A stretch of DNA of 64,000 nt. Source: Candidatus Hydrogenedentota bacterium (GTDB lineage: Bacteria > Hydrogenedentota > Hydrogenedentia > Hydrogenedentales > SLHB01). Positions 61,160 through 64,000 of the stretch are shown here, in pieces. The notes beneath the pieces are model-generated. The model searched no databases and was not told where the DNA came from. It saw only the letters and a program-made list of their open reading frames with translations. Location of the stretch: contig CAVUWV010000009.1 in assembly GCA_963745075.1 (NCBI GenBank), positions 32,001-96,000 of the forward strand, read 5' to 3'. Numbering within the stretch: the first letter of the stretch is position 1; the number at the start of each line of letters is the position of its first letter. Made by a program: the position numbers and the translations under genes.

Positions 61160-61291
61160 CCGTCTGGTCCGATCCCGTTGCCACTGATTGGACCAGTCGG
61201 ATCGCAGGCGTTATGATCGAACCCTTGGGGGAATACGGCGTGGGAGCGTCAGCTAACGGGAGAAACGACCGCGATCCTGGGAGGACAGCCC

Positions 61292-61749
61292 ATGATTCGA
61301 CGTTCTGGAAAGCGGCACGGCCGATTGGTTTAAGAATCGCTTGATGGCTATCCGGCCCGACGCGCACCCGAAGTGGGGGAGACTTACCCCCGCCGGACTC
61401 ATGGCCCACCTGCGGTATTCGTTCCAAGTGTCCGCAGGCGAGATCGAGGTCGCGGACACCAGCAATTTCTTCATGCGGACCCTCGGCCGCATGCTGGCCT
61501 TCCACCTGCTCACGAAATGGCCCGGCGGCAAAATCAAAGCCCCGCCCGACTGGACACCCAAAACCCGTCGCCGAATTCGAGGCCGAACGCGAGCAAACCC
61601 TCGCCGCGCTGGACCGCTTCGTCGAAGCCGCCACCCTCGACCCGACCCGCCGCACCGTCAGCCCGCTGCTCGGTCCCATCACGCTCGATTACTGGCAGCA
61701 CGTCCACGGTGTGCACCTGGCTCATCACCTTCGGCAGTTCGGGGTGTAG
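61292..61749 (+). CDS. DinB/DUF1569-like protein (two +1 frameshifts, ~61300 and ~61562)
   Basis: SD GGAGG; PKWGRLTPAGLMAHL; C-terminal SPLLGPITLDYWQHVHGVHLAHHLRQFGV* after frame repair. Confidence 0.8.
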
Positions 61750-61754
61750 TGCGG

Positions 61755-62108
61755 CTAGTCTTTCTCGCGTTCGTGAAGTTCCAGCAGCCGCCCGTCCGGG
61801 TCGCGGAAATAAGCGGACCGTCCCCACGAATACGTGCGCGGTTCGTTCTCGAAGGTTACCCCCTGCGCGCTGAGCGTGGCAGCAACGGTGTCGAGCTCCG
61901 CTACGGGCAGCGCGAAATGATCCTCGAACGGCAGACCGCCTTCTCCTTCCTCCAGAATCGCGTGGATGAGGATTCGCAGCGGTCCCGTCTTGAAAAGCGC
62001 CATACTTGCGTCGTGATGAACGGGAGCGACGTTAAACAGTCGCTCATAAAACGCGGCCATCGCCGCCACGTCGTGGGTGAACAACGTAAGTTCTGTTATC
62101 GCTCGCAC
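61755..62108 (-). CDS. VOC/glyoxalase family protein
   Basis: DVAAMAAFY, HFALPV and WGRSAYFRDPDGRLLEL. Confidence 0.9.
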   Translation of the reverse strand: MRAITELTLFTHDVAAMAAFYERLFNVAPVHHDASMALFKTGPLRILIHAILEEGEGGLPFEDHFALPVAELDTVAATLSAQGVTFENEPRTYSWGRSAYFRDPDGRLLELHEREKD

Positions 62109-62120
62109 AACGCCGTCTCC

Positions 62121-64000
62121 CTATCGCTCGAGCCGGGCGTTTCCCCAGGTCCCGAGATCGTCGTAATTCGAGTCGCCGCCGTTCGTGGTCTTGAGCGCCA
62201 AGCGTTTGACACCTGGAATCGCCACGTCCACGGCAATCGGCGCGTCGCCTTCGCGGAGCACGGGGGATTCGTACAACACTTTGCCGTCGCCTTCGACGAT
62301 AAACGTGCTGCTTCCGACTTTGGACGCGTCTGATTTTCGGTCCGCAGAAATGCCGTGCATGCCGACCTCGGCTTTGAACCGGGCAAAGGCCCCGCCGATG
62401 TCGATTACAACTTCCGACGGCGCGTGTACGCCGATACCCCGGCTGTACGTAACCTTCCCCACGCGTAGCACGGGGTCCTCCGGCCAGCAGGACTCGTCCC
62501 AGCCCAAGTGGAAAAACCCGACTTTGGATTCGAGGCAGCGGTTGCGCAGGTCCGCGATGGGAATCGTGTTCCCCTCGGGCAGCGGCGGAAGCGGCATCTG
62601 GAACGTCGCAACCGGCAGCAACGTAGCCAGTCGCCGGTCACGCTCCGCTGCGAAAACGGGGAAGAAGTCGCCCTGCGGCGTCGGAATGGACTTTGAATTC
62701 TCTGACACAAGGTTATAGTCCGCCCGCAGCCACGCGCCGATCTGACCCGTACCGCGTCCGGCCATTGTTATCGCAACCTTGTGTTGCCCCTTCGGCACAT
62801 CGATCAACGCCCAGGCATCCTGACTCTTGCCGCGGGTACGCTCGTGGAATGCGACTGTCGTCGTCGCGCCATCCACCGTTACGGCCGGTTCCTGCACCTC
62901 GCCGTGATCGGGCAGCATCATCAGTTGAATCTGTGCCGATTCGCAGCCCTCGGGAACGTCAACAGTTCCGCGCAGGACCAGCGTGTCGGATTTCGTGTCG
63001 AGGAGGAGCCGGCCCGACGGAACGTCTGCCAAGACATCCACATTGCACACGCGCGATACGCCGTCCTCATCCGTCACCCAGCGCACGCCTTCCGGCGCAT
63101 CGGCAAACTGCCGCGATTTCGCGCGCACTTCCAGCAGCATTACGTCGTAGTCACGCAGTGGAATCGACGCTGCAGCGCCAAAGTCCACCTGACCGAGGCA
63201 TGCGCGATACGGATACACCACGTTCAGATAGAGCGGCTCCGTGACGAGACCGAGATCCAGCGTTTCGTCGATGGACAGTTCAAAGGTGCGGGGTTCGATC
63301 CAGGGATTGCGCAACGCGATCAAACTGCGGCCGCGGCCGTCGCCATGGCTGTACCCGTAAGGCTGCCGCTCCGCCGGTTCGCCGCCGAGCAATTGGAAGT
63401 TGCGGTAGAGGATCGCGTTCCGTTTTGCCCAGTTCCCCACGTCGCCAAGAAACTGCAACCCGCCCGCCGATTGGTCCAACACACCGAGATCGCAGCAAAT
63501 GATGTGGTTCTGCACCGCACCGCGTCCAGTCAGCGCGAGCACGTACTCGTCCTCCCACCGCGCGGACATGGCTTCGCCTTTGACTTCGACGCCGTCGATC
63601 AAATGATCGGCACGGACTTGCGTACCGTAGAGATCCTCCGCCCACAGCGGGAACTGCCGCCGTTGCCGCCGGTGTTCATTGAACACCTGGATGTCGCGCA
63701 CCGTGATCAATTCGTCCCGCAACCACGGCGAAGGGATGTCGCACCCCAACGTGTCCCCCGCCACGGAGTGCACGCCGTCCAGCTCCGTCAGCCACCACGG
63801 GCTCGCCCATTCGTTGCACACGAACAAGTCCAGCACGATTCCCGGATTGATCTGACGCAGCGATTCGAAGATCGCCAACTTGTTCTCCACGACACGTTCC
63901 GTGGAGTAGACGCCCTGTTCATCGCCGATGCCCACCAGATGTCCATGGCCCGGTTGATTGCATCCGAACCCCTGTCCCCAGAACATACCGTCGAAGTTGA
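62121..64000 (-). CDS. Glycoside-hydrolase-like protein with C-terminal NPCBM/NEW2 domain (5' end outside the window)
   Basis: C-terminal YSRGIGVHAPSEV..FKAEVG..FIVEGDGKVLYESP..GVKRLALKT..GD..D..TWGNARL; the reading frame stays open to the window end. Confidence 0.75.
   Translation of the reverse strand, partial: NFDGMFWGQGFGCNQPGHGHLVGIGDEQGVYSTERVVENKLAIFESLRQINPGIVLDLFVCNEWASPWWLTELDGVHSVAGDTLGCDIPSPWLRDELITVRDIQVFNEHRRQRRQFPLWAEDLYGTQVRADHLIDGVEVKGEAMSARWEDEYVLALTGRGAVQNHIICCDLGVLDQSAGGLQFLGDVGNWAKRNAILYRNFQLLGGEPAERQPYGYSHGDGRGRSLIALRNPWIEPRTFELSIDETLDLGLVTEPLYLNVVYPYRACLGQVDFGAAASIPLRDYDVMLLEVRAKSRQFADAPEGVRWVTDEDGVSRVCNVDVLADVPSGRLLLDTKSDTLVLRGTVDVPEGCESAQIQLMMLPDHGEVQEPAVTVDGATTTVAFHERTRGKSQDAWALIDVPKGQHKVAITMAGRGTGQIGAWLRADYNLVSENSKSIPTPQGDFFPVFAAERDRRLATLLPVATFQMPLPPLPEGNTIPIADLRNRCLESKVGFFHLGWDESCWPEDPVLRVGKVTYSRGIGVHAPSEVVIDIGGAFARFKAEVGMHGISADRKSDASKVGSSTFIVEGDGKVLYESPVLREGDAPIAVDVAIPGVKRLALKTTNGGDSNYDDLGTWGNARLER

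Noticed and set aside
61341..62333. 330-aa plus-strand ORF as one protein
   Set aside because: Only the first ~73 codons are the DUF1569-like gene; the rest is frameshift read-through antisense to the VOC and NPCBM genes.
1..64000. tRNA, rRNA, riboswitch or IS elements
   Set aside because: None recognised by eye; tRNAscan-SE, Infernal and ISEScan would be needed to exclude them formally.

Overview
A 64-kb, GC-rich, densely coded stretch of bacterial chromosome from a diderm organism. The DUF1559/H-X9-DG pilin-like gene, Tat oxidoreductase and FG-GAP proteins suggest a Ca. Hydrogenedentes/PVC-like lineage; this is inference only. In order, the window holds: a partial DUF2231 gene and a signal-peptide-bearing rubrerythrin; a sigma54-driven PilZ-pspA-2TM-pspB-pspB-pspC operon; a TonB-dependent receptor-YfiR-hybrid kinase-response regulator cluster; a two-domain PPK2; housekeeping and metabolic genes (rsmA, FHA-GAF-adenylate cyclase, MscS, acyl-CoA synthetase, peptidases, lexA, a GlmU-like enzyme, flgM, an ABC transporter with FG-GAP proteins, recJ, cmk, mtnA, carA); a small accessory segment at ~54.8-59.5 kb that looks AT-richer by eye (Sel1-repeat protein, membrane proteins, and a deaminase-HATPase_c_4-like-wHTH fusion that is a candidate defence or conflict gene); and several REP/REPIN-like palindromic repeats. 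About 15 single-base frameshifts interrupt 10 otherwise intact genes and are probably long-read consensus errors; four of them sit at the same heptamer, GACGTTC. I saw no rRNA, tRNA, CRISPR array, transposase or integrase. Domain calls come from motif recognition by eye, not database searches.
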